In this document: in pieces, positions 27,835 through 37,741 of the stretch
Numbering within the stretch: the first letter of the stretch is position 1
Layout of the letters: every line of letters starts with the position of its first letter
Source of the DNA: Methanobacteriota archaeon
Lineage (GTDB): Archaea; Thermoplasmatota; Thermoplasmata; RBG-16-68-12
NCBI GenBank assembly: GCA_005878615.1
Contig: VBLT01000105.1
Span: 3,414-67,413, forward strand
Direction of reading: 5' to 3'
DNA: 64,000 nucleotides
The notes under the pieces: generated by a model
Seen by the model: the letters and a program-made list of their open reading frames with translations, nothing else
Told to the model about the DNA's origin: nothing
The model's database searches: none
Position numbers and translations under genes: made by a program

Positions 27835-27870
27835 GGCCTTCCGCCAAACACCTTTAGAGACCGGAGTCCC

Positions 27871-28542
27871 ATGCCGTCCCGAATGTCGGCGGGGGACGAG
27901 ATTGCGGTCGTGGAGGGGTACCGTACCACCTTGCGGGACTGCCTCGCGACCCTGGATCCCGCGGCGGTGTTAAGGCTCCGCGGGGAACTCCAAGTCCTCT
28001 CCCGCTGGCTGGCCGTTCAGAAGAAGTCCGCGCTCCAGCGGACCGCGGACGAAGCCCTCGATGCGGTCTCTCGCTTCTATCTGTACGGGCAGGAGATCGA
28101 CGGCCTCCGGGCATCGAACCGGTCCGCGGAGACCGCCAGCTACTACGACCTCGCCTCCGTCGGCGTGCTCGCCGTGGAGAACGTACTGACCGCAGGGCAT
28201 CCGAGCCTCATGCGCTTCTTGATGAGCGGTCTATCGGAAGGGCTCATGTTCCTGGGAAGTCGTCAGTACGTATCCGGAAGCGATGCCGTCCTGCTCGCTT
28301 CGTGGCGGAAGCACTCGACCGCGGTCCGGGACGCGCTCTGGTCCCTCGTGACGGACTTCCGAGACCTCGAGAGCCTCGGCTCGATCCGGGCGGCCCGCGC
28401 CGCGATCGACGAACTGTTCGCCAAGTTCGACGACCCGGGGGTCGCCTTGGCCACGCGGCTCGCCCTCCTCTACCAGCTGTACGCGCTCCTCGCCATCATC
28501 CGCTGCGCCGAGCTCCTCGAGGATCTGCGAGGGCTCGCCTGA
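27871..28542 (+). CDS. Hypothetical, predicted all-helical protein
   Basis: 223 aa, fills the gap between neighbours, GGAG upstream of ATG; no recognised motif. Confidence 0.65.
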   Translation: MPSRMSAGDEIAVVEGYRTTLRDCLATLDPAAVLRLRGELQVLSRWLAVQKKSALQRTADEALDAVSRFYLYGQEIDGLRASNRSAETASYYDLASVGVLAVENVLTAGHPSLMRFLMSGLSEGLMFLGSRQYVSGSDAVLLASWRKHSTAVRDALWSLVTDFRDLESLGSIRAARAAIDELFAKFDDPGVALATRLALLYQLYALLAIIRCAELLEDLRGLA

Positions 28543-28559
28543 TTCCGTTCGGAAAATTG

Positions 28560-28567
28560 TTATATAA
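28560..28567 (+). promoter_or_regulatory. TATA box of ppdK
   Basis: TTATATAA preceded by purine-rich GGAAAA (BRE-like). Confidence 0.7.
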
Positions 28568-28597
28568 CGCCCTCAGCTACTACGACAGGGGAACGGG

Positions 28598-31498
28598 CTG
28601 CCGAAGTACGTCTACCTATTCGAAGAAGGAAACGCCTCGATGCGGGACCTGCTCGGCGGCAAGGGTGCCGGGCTCGCCGAGATGACCCGGCTCGGCCTCC
28701 CCGTCCCGCCCGGCTTCACGATCACCACGAAAGCCTGCAACGCGTTCGCTCGGACGGGTCGGTTCCCGCCAGGCCTGTGGAAACAGGTCGAATCGGCGCT
28801 GTCGACCGTCGAAACGAAGATTGGGCGTCGGTTCGGCGACCCGTCGAATCCCCTCCTCGTCTCCGTCCGATCGGGCGCGAAGTTCTCCATGCCGGGGATG
28901 ATGGACACGGTCCTCAACCTCGGATTGAACGACGAGACGGTCGAGACGCTCGGGCGGATCTCGAATGAACGATTCGCGTGGGACTCCTATCGACGGCTCA
29001 TCGCGATGTTCGGTCGGATCGTCAAAGATGTCGACGGCCGCAAGTTCGAGGCGCTCCTCGAACGACGTAAGGAAGCATCCCACGCGGCGAAGGACACCGA
29101 GCTTTCCTCCGACGATCTGAAGGCCATCGTGGCAGAGTTCAAGGAACTCTACCAAGCCGAGGTCGGTGAGCCCTTTCCGCAGAATGGCCGCGAGCAGCTG
29201 CAACAGGCGATCGCCGCGGTCTTCCGTTCCTGGAACGGGAAGCGCGCGGTGGATTACCGGAACTTCAACAAGATCCCCCACGACCTCGGGACCGCTGCGA
29301 ACGTGCAGACGATGGTCTTCGGGAACATGGGACCCGACTCCGGCACGGGCGTCGCGTTCACCCGGAATCCTTCGACGGGAGAGAAGCAGCTGTACGGGGA
29401 GTTCCTGTCGAACGCCCAGGGCGAGGACGTCGTCGCGGGGATCCGCACGCCCTTGACCATCGGCCAGCTGCGGGAGACCTTCCCCGTCGTGTACGACCAG
29501 TTCTCGGAGGCCGCCGACCACCTGGAGAGGCACTACCGAGACATCCAAGACATCGAGTTCACGGTGGAGCGGGGGAAGCTTTGGATGCTCCAGACCCGGA
29601 CCGGGAAGCGGTCCGCCCGGGCCGCGGTGAAGGCGGCCGTCGACATGGCGCGGGAGGGTCTCATCACGAAGCAGGAGGCCATCCTCCGCGTCGAGCCGGC
29701 GCACGTGATCCAGCTCCTCCTGCCCCAGTTCGACGAGCGCGCGAAGGGTGGGGCGCGGAAGGAAGGCCGATTCTTGGCTCGGGGCCTCAACGCCTCTCCC
29801 GGGGCCGCCGCGGGGTTCGCGTCGTTCGACCCGGACGAAGCCGAGAGGATGGGACGCGACGAGAAGAAACCGGTCGTGCTCGTCCGGGTGGAGACATCTC
29901 CCGACGACGTCCACGGGATCTTGCACTCGAAAGGCGTCCTGACCGCTCGAGGGGGCGCGACGAGCCATGCCGCGGTCGTGACCCGGGGCCTCGGGATTCC
30001 CTGCGTCACCGGCTGCGAATCGATCGTCGTCGACTACGACGAGGGTCTTTTCCGGGTCGGCGGGAAGGTGGTTCATCGCGGCGACTTCGTGTCCATCGAC
30101 GGCAGCTCCGGGGAGGTCTTCGAAGGTCGCATCCCCACGATCGATCCGGATTTCCAGAAGGAGACCGACCTCCAGACCCTCCTGCGGTGGGCGGACGAGG
30201 AGCGTCGCCTCCAGGTCTGGGCGAACGCCGACTATCCGCGCGACGCGGAACGCGCCCGGGCATTCGGCGCCCAAGGGATCGGCTTGGACCGGACCGAGCA
30301 CATGTTCATGGAGACGGATCGGCTCGGCATCGTCCACGAAATGATCTTGGCGGCCCCGGACTACCGGAAGGTCTCGGGCGAGGTTCGGGCGATCAAGGCC
30401 GAGATCGACACCGCGAAGGAGGACCGTCGGTCCACGCTCGGGAAGCGCCTTGCGACCCTCGAACCAGCCTTGGAGGGCCTCTCGCGCCGCTACCTCGGGT
30501 CCCTCGAGAAGCTCGGCCGGCTCCAGAAGAAGGACTTCGAAGGCATCCTCCGGGCGATGCAAGGACTCCCGGTCATCATCCGGCTCATCGACCCGCCGCT
30601 CCATGAATTCCTCCCGAAATACGAGACCTTGCTCGTCCAGGTGACGAAACTGACGATGGCGCAGGGGAACCCGGAGGTGCTCGTCCGGAACGCCCATTCC
30701 GACGAAGACAAGGAGTTCCTCGAAGAGGTCCGGAAGGCGGGCGGCGGCGACCTCGGCCGAGGGATCGAGACGCTCCTACCGGAGAAGCAGCGCCTCCTCG
30801 AGGCGGTCGCGGCGACCCGCGAGGCGAACCCGATGCTGGGCCTCCGGGGGTGCCGCCTGGGCATCACCTTCCCCGAAATCACGGAGATGCAGGTCCGGGC
30901 GATCTTCGAGGCGTCCTGCGCCCTGACGAAGGAGGGAGTCGTCGTGAAGCCCGAAATCATGATCCCCCTCGCGGGCCACGTGAACGAACTCAAGGTCGAG
31001 CGGGAAGCCCTCGAGAGGGAGGCGAAGAAGGTCATGGAGCGCGAGGGCGTCACGATCGCCTACAAGTTCGGGACGATGATCGAGCTTCCGCGGGCCGCAC
31101 TCACCGCCGATGCGATTGCCCGACATGCGGAGTTCTTCTCCTTCGGGACGAACGATCTCACGCAGACGACGTTCGGGTACAGCCGTGACGACGCGGAGGG
31201 CAAGTTCCTCCTGGACTTCGTGGAACGGGGGATCCTCCCCTTCAATCCGTTCCAGACCCTGGACCGCGAGGGCGTCGGCCAGCTCATGCGCACCTGCGTC
31301 CAGAAGGGTCGAAGAGTCCGCAAGGACCTGGAGATCGGGATCTGCGGCGAGCACGGCGGGGATCCGTCGAGCATCGAACTGTGCCACCTCCTCGGCCTCA
31401 ACTATGTGTCGTGTTCTCCCTTCCGGGTCCCGGTCGCCCGCCTCGCGGCGGCCCATGCAAAGCTTCGAGAACAGGTCGGCGAATTCGGGGACCGCTGA
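28598..31498 (+). CDS. ppdK: Pyruvate phosphate dikinase (probable CTG start; first ATG at 28640)
   Basis: KYVYLFEEG, LLGGKGAGLAEM, SMPGMMDT, GGATSHAAVV, NPMLGLRGCR, FSFGTNDLTQ, GICGEHGG. Confidence 0.95.
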   Translation: MPKYVYLFEEGNASMRDLLGGKGAGLAEMTRLGLPVPPGFTITTKACNAFARTGRFPPGLWKQVESALSTVETKIGRRFGDPSNPLLVSVRSGAKFSMPGMMDTVLNLGLNDETVETLGRISNERFAWDSYRRLIAMFGRIVKDVDGRKFEALLERRKEASHAAKDTELSSDDLKAIVAEFKELYQAEVGEPFPQNGREQLQQAIAAVFRSWNGKRAVDYRNFNKIPHDLGTAANVQTMVFGNMGPDSGTGVAFTRNPSTGEKQLYGEFLSNAQGEDVVAGIRTPLTIGQLRETFPVVYDQFSEAADHLERHYRDIQDIEFTVERGKLWMLQTRTGKRSARAAVKAAVDMAREGLITKQEAILRVEPAHVIQLLLPQFDERAKGGARKEGRFLARGLNASPGAAAGFASFDPDEAERMGRDEKKPVVLVRVETSPDDVHGILHSKGVLTARGGATSHAAVVTRGLGIPCVTGCESIVVDYDEGLFRVGGKVVHRGDFVSIDGSSGEVFEGRIPTIDPDFQKETDLQTLLRWADEERRLQVWANADYPRDAERARAFGAQGIGLDRTEHMFMETDRLGIVHEMILAAPDYRKVSGEVRAIKAEIDTAKEDRRSTLGKRLATLEPALEGLSRRYLGSLEKLGRLQKKDFEGILRAMQGLPVIIRLIDPPLHEFLPKYETLLVQVTKLTMAQGNPEVLVRNAHSDEDKEFLEEVRKAGGGDLGRGIETLLPEKQRLLEAVAATREANPMLGLRGCRLGITFPEITEMQVRAIFEASCALTKEGVVVKPEIMIPLAGHVNELKVEREALEREAKKVMEREGVTIAYKFGTMIELPRAALTADAIARHAEFFSFGTNDLTQTTFGYSRDDAEGKFLLDFVERGILPFNPFQTLDREGVGQLMRTCVQKGRRVRKDLEIGICGEHGGDPSSIELCHLLGLNYVSCSPFRVPVARLAAAHAKLREQVGEFGDR

Positions 31499-31510
31499 CC
31501 TGGTGCAACG

Positions 31511-32290
31511 TTGGCGGGCTTCGCGGATTCGCCATATTTTCTCGGCGTCCTCTTGATCTCCGCCTTCACGATGCCGATCGTCTTCATGGTGTGGATCCGG
31601 AACACGGCCCGATATGGGAGAGAACCGTGGCGAAACGTGATCCGTGCCTTCCTGTGGGGCGCCGTGTTCAGCGTGATCGTCGCGGTCATCTTCAGCCTGA
31701 TTTTAGCCGCGACCCTCGGTCAAGTTGGGCCGCTGAACACGTTTCTCATCCGTCGTTTCCACGATCCGGACGTCGTGTTCCTGATCATCGGGGCCCTGAT
31801 CGTTGCGCCGATCGTCGAGGAGGCCGCGAAGGGCCTGGGGGTCCGCGAGGGGCGGCCGGAAATTCAAGGGCTGCTCGATGGGCTCGTCTACGGGGCCGCC
31901 GCGGGGTTGGGGTTCTCGGCGACGGAGAATCTGATCTACGGGGTGAACACCCTCCTGTCCCCCGACGGCGGGGCCACGGCCTCCTTGGCGGTGATTGCGA
32001 TTCGGTCCTTTTCCTCGTCGTTCCTTCATGCGAGCTCGAGCGCGACCTTCGGCTACGGACTCGCGAAGGCATGGCTCACCCGCCGCACTTGGGCCTTCGT
32101 CCCGTACTATCTGCTCGCGGTGATCATGCACTCGACCTTCAATCTCCTGACGACGATCGGGGTGTTGTACGCGACCCCGTACGGCGAGACGGTCGGCTTC
32201 GTGGCCGCGGTCGCCTTCGCGCTCGTCGCCATCACGATCGTTCGGCTCAAGCTCGCCGCGCATCCGCGGACGGTGGCGGGTAATCGATGA
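31511..32290 (+). CDS. PrsW-family intramembrane protease
   Basis: APIVEEAAK, GLGFSATEN, HASSS, MHSTFN. Confidence 0.9.
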   Translation: MAGFADSPYFLGVLLISAFTMPIVFMVWIRNTARYGREPWRNVIRAFLWGAVFSVIVAVIFSLILAATLGQVGPLNTFLIRRFHDPDVVFLIIGALIVAPIVEEAAKGLGVREGRPEIQGLLDGLVYGAAAGLGFSATENLIYGVNTLLSPDGGATASLAVIAIRSFSSSFLHASSSATFGYGLAKAWLTRRTWAFVPYYLLAVIMHSTFNLLTTIGVLYATPYGETVGFVAAVAFALVAITIVRLKLAAHPRTVAGNR

Positions 32291-32952
32291 TTTCGGAAGT
32301 CGCAGTGGGAGATCGGGTCGTCCGGGTTCCGAAGATCCTCTGCGTCGCCCGGAACTACGCGGACCACGCAAAAGAGATGGGGACCCCGGTCCCACAGGAG
32401 CCGATCTTCTTCCTCAAGCCGACCACCGCCCTCTTACCTGGCGGCGGGACGATCCTCCTTCCGCCGGAATCGAAACGGGTCGAAGTCGAGACCGAACTCG
32501 CGGTGATCCTGAAGGCTGGCGGTCGAGATGTGTCGGCCGCGAAGGCGATGGATCTCGTGGGCGGTTACGCTGTGTTCTTCGACATCACGGCCCGAGATCT
32601 CCAAGCGAAGGCGCGGGAGGAGGGCGGACCATGGACGGCCGCCAAGGGCTTCGACACCTTCGCACCGATTTCCAAGGGCGTCGTCGCGCACCGAGGAATC
32701 GATCCGCACGGCCTGTCGATTCGCCTTCGGGTGAACGGCGTCGTTCGGCAGGACTCGAACACGAGTCAGATGGTCTTCCGAATCCCCGAGCTGATCGAAG
32801 CGAGTTCAAGGATCATGACGCTCGAGCAAGGGGATGTCTTTGCGACGGGCACGCCTGCCGGTGTGTGGCCAATCGTCCCCGGCGACGTCCTCGAGGCCGA
32901 GATTTCCCGGGTCGGAACCCTGCGCTGCAACGTCGCTTCGCGAAACCGTTAA
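32287..32952 (+). CDS. Fumarylacetoacetate hydrolase family protein
   Basis: RNYADHAKEM, FFLKP, ETELAV, DITARD, KGFDTFAP, TGTPAGV. Confidence 0.93.
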   Translation: MISEVAVGDRVVRVPKILCVARNYADHAKEMGTPVPQEPIFFLKPTTALLPGGGTILLPPESKRVEVETELAVILKAGGRDVSAAKAMDLVGGYAVFFDITARDLQAKAREEGGPWTAAKGFDTFAPISKGVVAHRGIDPHGLSIRLRVNGVVRQDSNTSQMVFRIPELIEASSRIMTLEQGDVFATGTPAGVWPIVPGDVLEAEISRVGTLRCNVASRNR

Positions 32953-32980
32953 CTATCTCGGACCGCGTGCATGGCAGGGC

Positions 32981-33451
32981 ATGCGTTTTCGCTTTGAGAT
33001 GGACGGAGACGTCTACTCAAAACACAAGGATTCGTTCAAGCGCCTCCTGGCGAGGCACGGCCTCCGTTGGCGCGGCAGTCTGGACCGTCCGTTCTGGGCG
33101 AGCGCGACGGAACGGGTCACTGGCCTCTTCGACCGAGATGCGGAAAAGGACCTCCTGAAGTCCGCCACTCTGACGTGGGAGAGCGCCGGAAAGTCGCGGC
33201 TACTCGAGGACCTGAAGGCGTGGGCGTGGGAGGTCGGCGCGAGGGCGGTGGAGGATCGTTCTCCCTCCGCCGAGGAAGTGACGGACGAGGTCGAGCAAGC
33301 CCTCCGCTACTGGGACATCGTGTGGAAGCCCAACGAGGATATCCTGAAGGCTCAGGGTCGGCCTCAGGCGTGGATCGATGCGGACGTGAAGCGGTGGAAG
33401 CAACAGCGACAGGAACGACGCCGCGAACTCATCGGTCAGGCGACCGACTAA
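32981..33451 (+). CDS. Hypothetical protein
   Basis: 156 aa, Trp-rich, co-oriented with upstream genes. Confidence 0.65.
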   Translation: MRFRFEMDGDVYSKHKDSFKRLLARHGLRWRGSLDRPFWASATERVTGLFDRDAEKDLLKSATLTWESAGKSRLLEDLKAWAWEVGARAVEDRSPSAEEVTDEVEQALRYWDIVWKPNEDILKAQGRPQAWIDADVKRWKQQRQERRRELIGQATD

Positions 33452-33666
33452 GGCAGTCCAATCGAGTGGACTTCGAACGAGTCATAGCAGTCGAAACAGA
33501 ATCCTTGGCGCCGATCGTCGGGCAGAAGGACGATCCGCGTGTGGCATTTCCGGCAGCGCCCGTCGCGATCGCCTCCATCGGAAATCCTCCGGAGATCCGG
33601 ACGAAGCTTCCATGAAATCGTTCCCGCCCCCGAGCCAGTCTCGGCGCCGCCACGGAGCCGATGCAC
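33448..33666 (-). CDS. Small zinc-finger protein (start uncertain)
   Basis: CRKC-x14-CFDC. Confidence 0.55.
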   Translation of the reverse strand: MHRLRGGAETGSGAGTISWKLRPDLRRISDGGDRDGRCRKCHTRIVLLPDDRRQGFCFDCYDSFEVHSIGLP

Positions 33667-33742
33667 GCTATAAGAACGTTGTGCGAATCGGAAACGACGG
33701 CGGTCGGCGACGGTTTAATGCGCAAACGATTGTTCCTCTTCC

Positions 33743-34357
33743 GTGCTCTCCGGTTTCGTCACGTTCGAGGGAATTGACGGGTCCGGCAAGACCACCGTGA
33801 GTCGGCTCGTGAAGGACCGCCTCCGGTCCCGGGGCCACTCCGTCTTCCTGACGAGCGAACCGACGGGCGACTGGCTGGGGGAGACCGTTCGTCGGGGAAT
33901 CGAGAAGGGCGTCAGCCCTCTCACGGAGTCCTTCCTGTTCCTCGCGGATCGCGCCGCACACATCCCAGAGATTCGTTCGCACCTCGAGGGCGGGGAGATC
34001 GTCCTTTGCGACCGCTATGCGGATTCCACCTATGCCTACCAGGGCGCGCACTTGGTCGGAGTCCTGCACGATCCCATCCGCTTCCTCCAGCGGGCGAGCG
34101 AGGATTGGATCCTTCCTCCCGATCTGACGATCCTGCTTCGGGTCTCGCCGGAGGTCGGATTCGAACGGATCAAGGATCGACCCCACAAGATTCCGTTCGA
34201 GGACATCGCGTTCCTCCGTCGGGTCGCCGCGAATTACGATCGCCTCGCGAAGGCGCGACGGTTCGTCGTCTTGGACGCCGCCCGGCCGGCCGAGATCGTC
34301 AGCGAGGAGGCCGTCGCGACGATTGAACGGCGCCTCGTCTCGCGGAAGCCGTCCTGA
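33743..34357 (+). CDS. tmk: Thymidylate kinase
   Basis: FEGIDGSGKTT, EPT, LFLADRAAH, CDRYADSTYAYQG. Confidence 0.96.
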   Translation: MLSGFVTFEGIDGSGKTTVSRLVKDRLRSRGHSVFLTSEPTGDWLGETVRRGIEKGVSPLTESFLFLADRAAHIPEIRSHLEGGEIVLCDRYADSTYAYQGAHLVGVLHDPIRFLQRASEDWILPPDLTILLRVSPEVGFERIKDRPHKIPFEDIAFLRRVAANYDRLAKARRFVVLDAARPAEIVSEEAVATIERRLVSRKPS

Positions 34358-34655
34358 TTGCGGACCGTCCCGCGAGGGAAGCTTTGCGAAGGAGAAACGC
34401 GCGGGCGAAGACGGTCGCCATTTCCATGTTGCCTCGCTACAGTTCGAGGAGAAACGCCTTGCCGAACAGGACTTGAACCGCGTCCTCCCCCGTCCGATCC
34501 CCCATCGCGCGGTGCGATGGGCCGGTGGGGACCATGAAACGGCGTCCCAAGAATATCATCGGCGATTCTCAATTCCTCCAGATGAATAGGCCTCGGTCCT
34601 GGACAAAGCTATTTATGCGGTCGCCCGGTTATCGCGCCACGAATGGGATGCACGC

Positions 34656-36146
34656 ATGGAATCCGCGGCTCACCATAGGCCTTCTTCTCACCATGGCGAT
34701 GGGTTCGTTGGCGTGATCTACGGGGACATCGGGACGACCGCGTTCCGATGTTCGGTCGCGGAAGATGTGGAGCGCAACGAGTTCGTCCAAGTCCAACACG
34801 AGACCTGCGGCATCGTCCTCGGCCGCGTCGACGAGGTCCAGCGAAAGACGGACCTGTCCCTGGATCGGGCCCAAGCCCTCGGGGATGGCGACCCCGTCGA
34901 CGTGGAGGAGCGAGTCTCGGCGCAAATCAGCGTAATCGGATACCGCGACGACCGCGGCCTCCTGCAAGTCCCGAGGACGCCGTTTCGCGCGGGGGAACCC
35001 GTGCGTCGCGCGGAGACGGCCACGATTCAGGACGTCATCGGGCTGACGGAGGACAAGAAGCACGGAGCTTACGTGGGTCTCCTCGCGGGCCACGAAGTGC
35101 CGGTCTACCTGGACATCAATGCGTTGGTCCAGAAACATGTGTCGATCCTGGCGAAGACGGGCGGCGGAAAATCCTACATCGCAGGCGTCATGATCGAGGA
35201 ACTGATGAAGCATCACGTGACCTGCGTCATCCTCGATCCCCACGGCGAGTACGCCTCCCTCCGAGAGAAGGGGAAGGTCGTCCATGGCGCCACTCGGTTT
35301 CGGGTCGAGCCTCATGCGTACGCCGAGATCATCCAAGTCTTTTCCCCGGACACCAAGGTGAATCCGGGGACCCGGCCGTTGAAGTTCACGTTGAGCAACC
35401 TCGATGCGCGGGACATCCTGTCCCTCACCGGCTCGGCCCGAGTCCGGACGCATCTCACGGCGTTGCGAAAAGCCCTCGATCTGCTACGGCAGGCCGCGAA
35501 GGATTACACAATCCAAGATGTCGTCCGAGTGCTCGAGCGGGAGGAGGACCCGCAGAATGCCTCCTTGATCGACGAGCTCGAATACCTGAGCGAGGTCGAG
35601 ATCTTCGCGAAAGAGGGGACGCGGATCGACGAGCTGGTGATCAAGGGAAAGACGACGATCATCAATTTGAAGGGCGTGCCCCCTGACATTCAGGAACTCG
35701 TCGTGAACCGGCTTGCGACCGCGATGTTCGAGTTGCGAAAAGTCGGTCGGATCCCGCCGATGATGCTCGTCGTCGAAGAGGCTCACAACTTCTGCCCCCA
35801 AGTCGGCCAGGTCGCATCGTCGAAGGTGTTTCGAACGCTGGCTTCAGAAGGCCGCAAGTTCGGCCTGGGACTCGTCATCATCACGCAGCGCGCTGCGAAG
35901 GTCGACAAGAACGTGCTCAGCCAGTGCAACACGCAAGTGATTCTGAAGGTCACGAATCCGAATGACCTGAAGGCGATCATCGCCAGTGTGGAAGGCCTTA
36001 CGACATCGATGGCGGAGGAAATTTCCCGCCTCCCGATCGGGGTCGCAATCATGACCGGAGGAGGCCTCGAGATGCCCCTGATGGTAGAAGTGCGTCCGCG
36101 AGAAACGCGACACGGCGGAGAGAGCGTCAAGGTCATCGACGATTGA
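34656..36146 (+). CDS. HerA-like ATPase (N-terminal HAS-barrel, DUF87/FtsK-HerA fold)
   Basis: KHVSILAKTGGGKSY, ILDPHGEY, VEEAHNF, EGRKFG, TQR, SQCNT. Confidence 0.9.
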   Translation: MESAAHHRPSSHHGDGFVGVIYGDIGTTAFRCSVAEDVERNEFVQVQHETCGIVLGRVDEVQRKTDLSLDRAQALGDGDPVDVEERVSAQISVIGYRDDRGLLQVPRTPFRAGEPVRRAETATIQDVIGLTEDKKHGAYVGLLAGHEVPVYLDINALVQKHVSILAKTGGGKSYIAGVMIEELMKHHVTCVILDPHGEYASLREKGKVVHGATRFRVEPHAYAEIIQVFSPDTKVNPGTRPLKFTLSNLDARDILSLTGSARVRTHLTALRKALDLLRQAAKDYTIQDVVRVLEREEDPQNASLIDELEYLSEVEIFAKEGTRIDELVIKGKTTIINLKGVPPDIQELVVNRLATAMFELRKVGRIPPMMLVVEEAHNFCPQVGQVASSKVFRTLASEGRKFGLGLVIITQRAAKVDKNVLSQCNTQVILKVTNPNDLKAIIASVEGLTTSMAEEISRLPIGVAIMTGGGLEMPLMVEVRPRETRHGGESVKVIDD

Positions 36147-36451
36147 AAATTCCTCTCGGAATTTCTCGCGGTCGGATCCGTCGCGGAGGGCGTCTCCCGG
36201 AAGCTCGCGCGAGACGCGGTGTGTGCCTAATGAATACATAGAATCCATAGTGAGTCAATTAAAAACGTGTTTCTCAAAAGAGATAGCGTCGTGCGAGCGG
36301 AGTAGTTGGCGAAATCAAATGCTCTGTTTGTACGGAAGGGGACAATGGCGGTCAAAGAAGTGCCTGATGTGGCGGTCTGCAACTCGAGGATCGTCGAGCG
36401 ACCTTGGGACCGGACGTCCAATTCAACAGAAATCCCATCGAGGAATCTAGG

Positions 36452-37741
36452 ATGGTCGAGGCTCGTCACATTCCGGTCACTGCCGATGTCCCGAATGAAG
36501 CCGGGAGCAAGACGGCCTCGAAGGCCCCGGTCCACTCGCGTCGGGCTCCTCGTATCGCCCTCTACTCTGAAGGCATGATGGGCTTCGGTCACATCCGGCG
36601 CAACGCGTCGATTGCCCAAGCACTCCGCCGCTCCGCACTCCAGCCTGCGATCGTCATGATTGCGGAGGCCTGGCAGGCGGGGGCGCTGCTCATGCCCGCG
36701 GGGATTGACTGCGTCACCCTTCCCGCCCTCCGAAAGGAAGCCAACGGGGAATACAATCCACGCTTTCTCCTGGACGTCTCAGACGCGGAACTCATCGCCC
36801 TCCGGACCCAGGTGATCCGGAGTGCCATGGAGGTCTTCGAGCCCGATGTGCTGATCGTGGACTACTTGCCGCTCGGGGTGGCCGGTGAATTGACCTCGAC
36901 CCTCGAACACTTGCGGAGTCGCGGGAACACCCACTGCGTCCTCGGACTTCGAGACGTCCTCTACGATCCGGAGACGGTGCGGCGCTCCTGGGCGAACCCC
37001 GCGAACGTGGAGGCGATCCGAAAATACTACGACGCGGTCTGGATCTATGGCGATCCGACCGTCTTCGACCCGGTTCGAGAGTACGAACTCAACGGTCCGA
37101 TCGCGGCGAAGGCGCGGCATGTCGGTTATCTTGACCAGCGCCCGCGGCTCGAGTTTGCGAAAGCCGAGGCCGAACCGTTTGTCACCAATCTTCCGCAGGG
37201 CCGGATCGTGTTGTGCCTCGTCGGAGGGGGCCACGATGGGGGTGCCCTCGGGGAGGCCTTCCTCCAGGCGACGTTGCCGCCCGATGCCACCGGCATCCTG
37301 GTCGCCGGTCCTTTGATGCCCTGGGAGGAGCGGGAGCGGATTCGCCGGCGTGCGGAGGGAAAGTCCCAGATCCGCGTGCTCGACTTCGTGCACGACCCGA
37401 CCCCGCTAATTGAGCGCGCGGATCGGATCATCGCGATGGGCGGCTACAATACGGTTTGCGAGGCCCTCTCCTTCGAGAAGCACGCCCTCATCGTCCCGCG
37501 CGTGAGCCCGGAACCGGAGCAGTGGATCCGGGCGCAGCGCTTTCGGAACCTCGGGCTGGTCGACGTCCTGCATCCCAGCGAACTCGACGCCCGAAAACTG
37601 ACGGAGTGGCTCGCCCGCGATCTGGGTCCGCCCCCCGCGGGCCGCAGCAAGATTGACTTCGAAGGTTTGACCCGCATCCCGGCGTTGGTCGCCGAGCTGT
37701 TGGCCAGCCCTCCGGTCCACGAGGTACCCCTGGCCCCATGA
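36452..37741 (+). CDS. GT-B fold glycosyltransferase (GT28/COG4671-like)
   Basis: GFGHIRR, PDVLIVD, LGLRDVL, VGGGHDG, AMGGYNTVCE, IVPR, EQWIRA. Confidence 0.85.
   Translation: MVEARHIPVTADVPNEAGSKTASKAPVHSRRAPRIALYSEGMMGFGHIRRNASIAQALRRSALQPAIVMIAEAWQAGALLMPAGIDCVTLPALRKEANGEYNPRFLLDVSDAELIALRTQVIRSAMEVFEPDVLIVDYLPLGVAGELTSTLEHLRSRGNTHCVLGLRDVLYDPETVRRSWANPANVEAIRKYYDAVWIYGDPTVFDPVREYELNGPIAAKARHVGYLDQRPRLEFAKAEAEPFVTNLPQGRIVLCLVGGGHDGGALGEAFLQATLPPDATGILVAGPLMPWEERERIRRRAEGKSQIRVLDFVHDPTPLIERADRIIAMGGYNTVCEALSFEKHALIVPRVSPEPEQWIRAQRFRNLGLVDVLHPSELDARKLTEWLARDLGPPPAGRSKIDFEGLTRIPALVAELLASPPVHEVPLAP

Noticed and set aside
34323-34630. Small ORFs between tmk and the HerA-like gene
   Set aside because: Several short candidates on both strands, none with a motif or clear start signal
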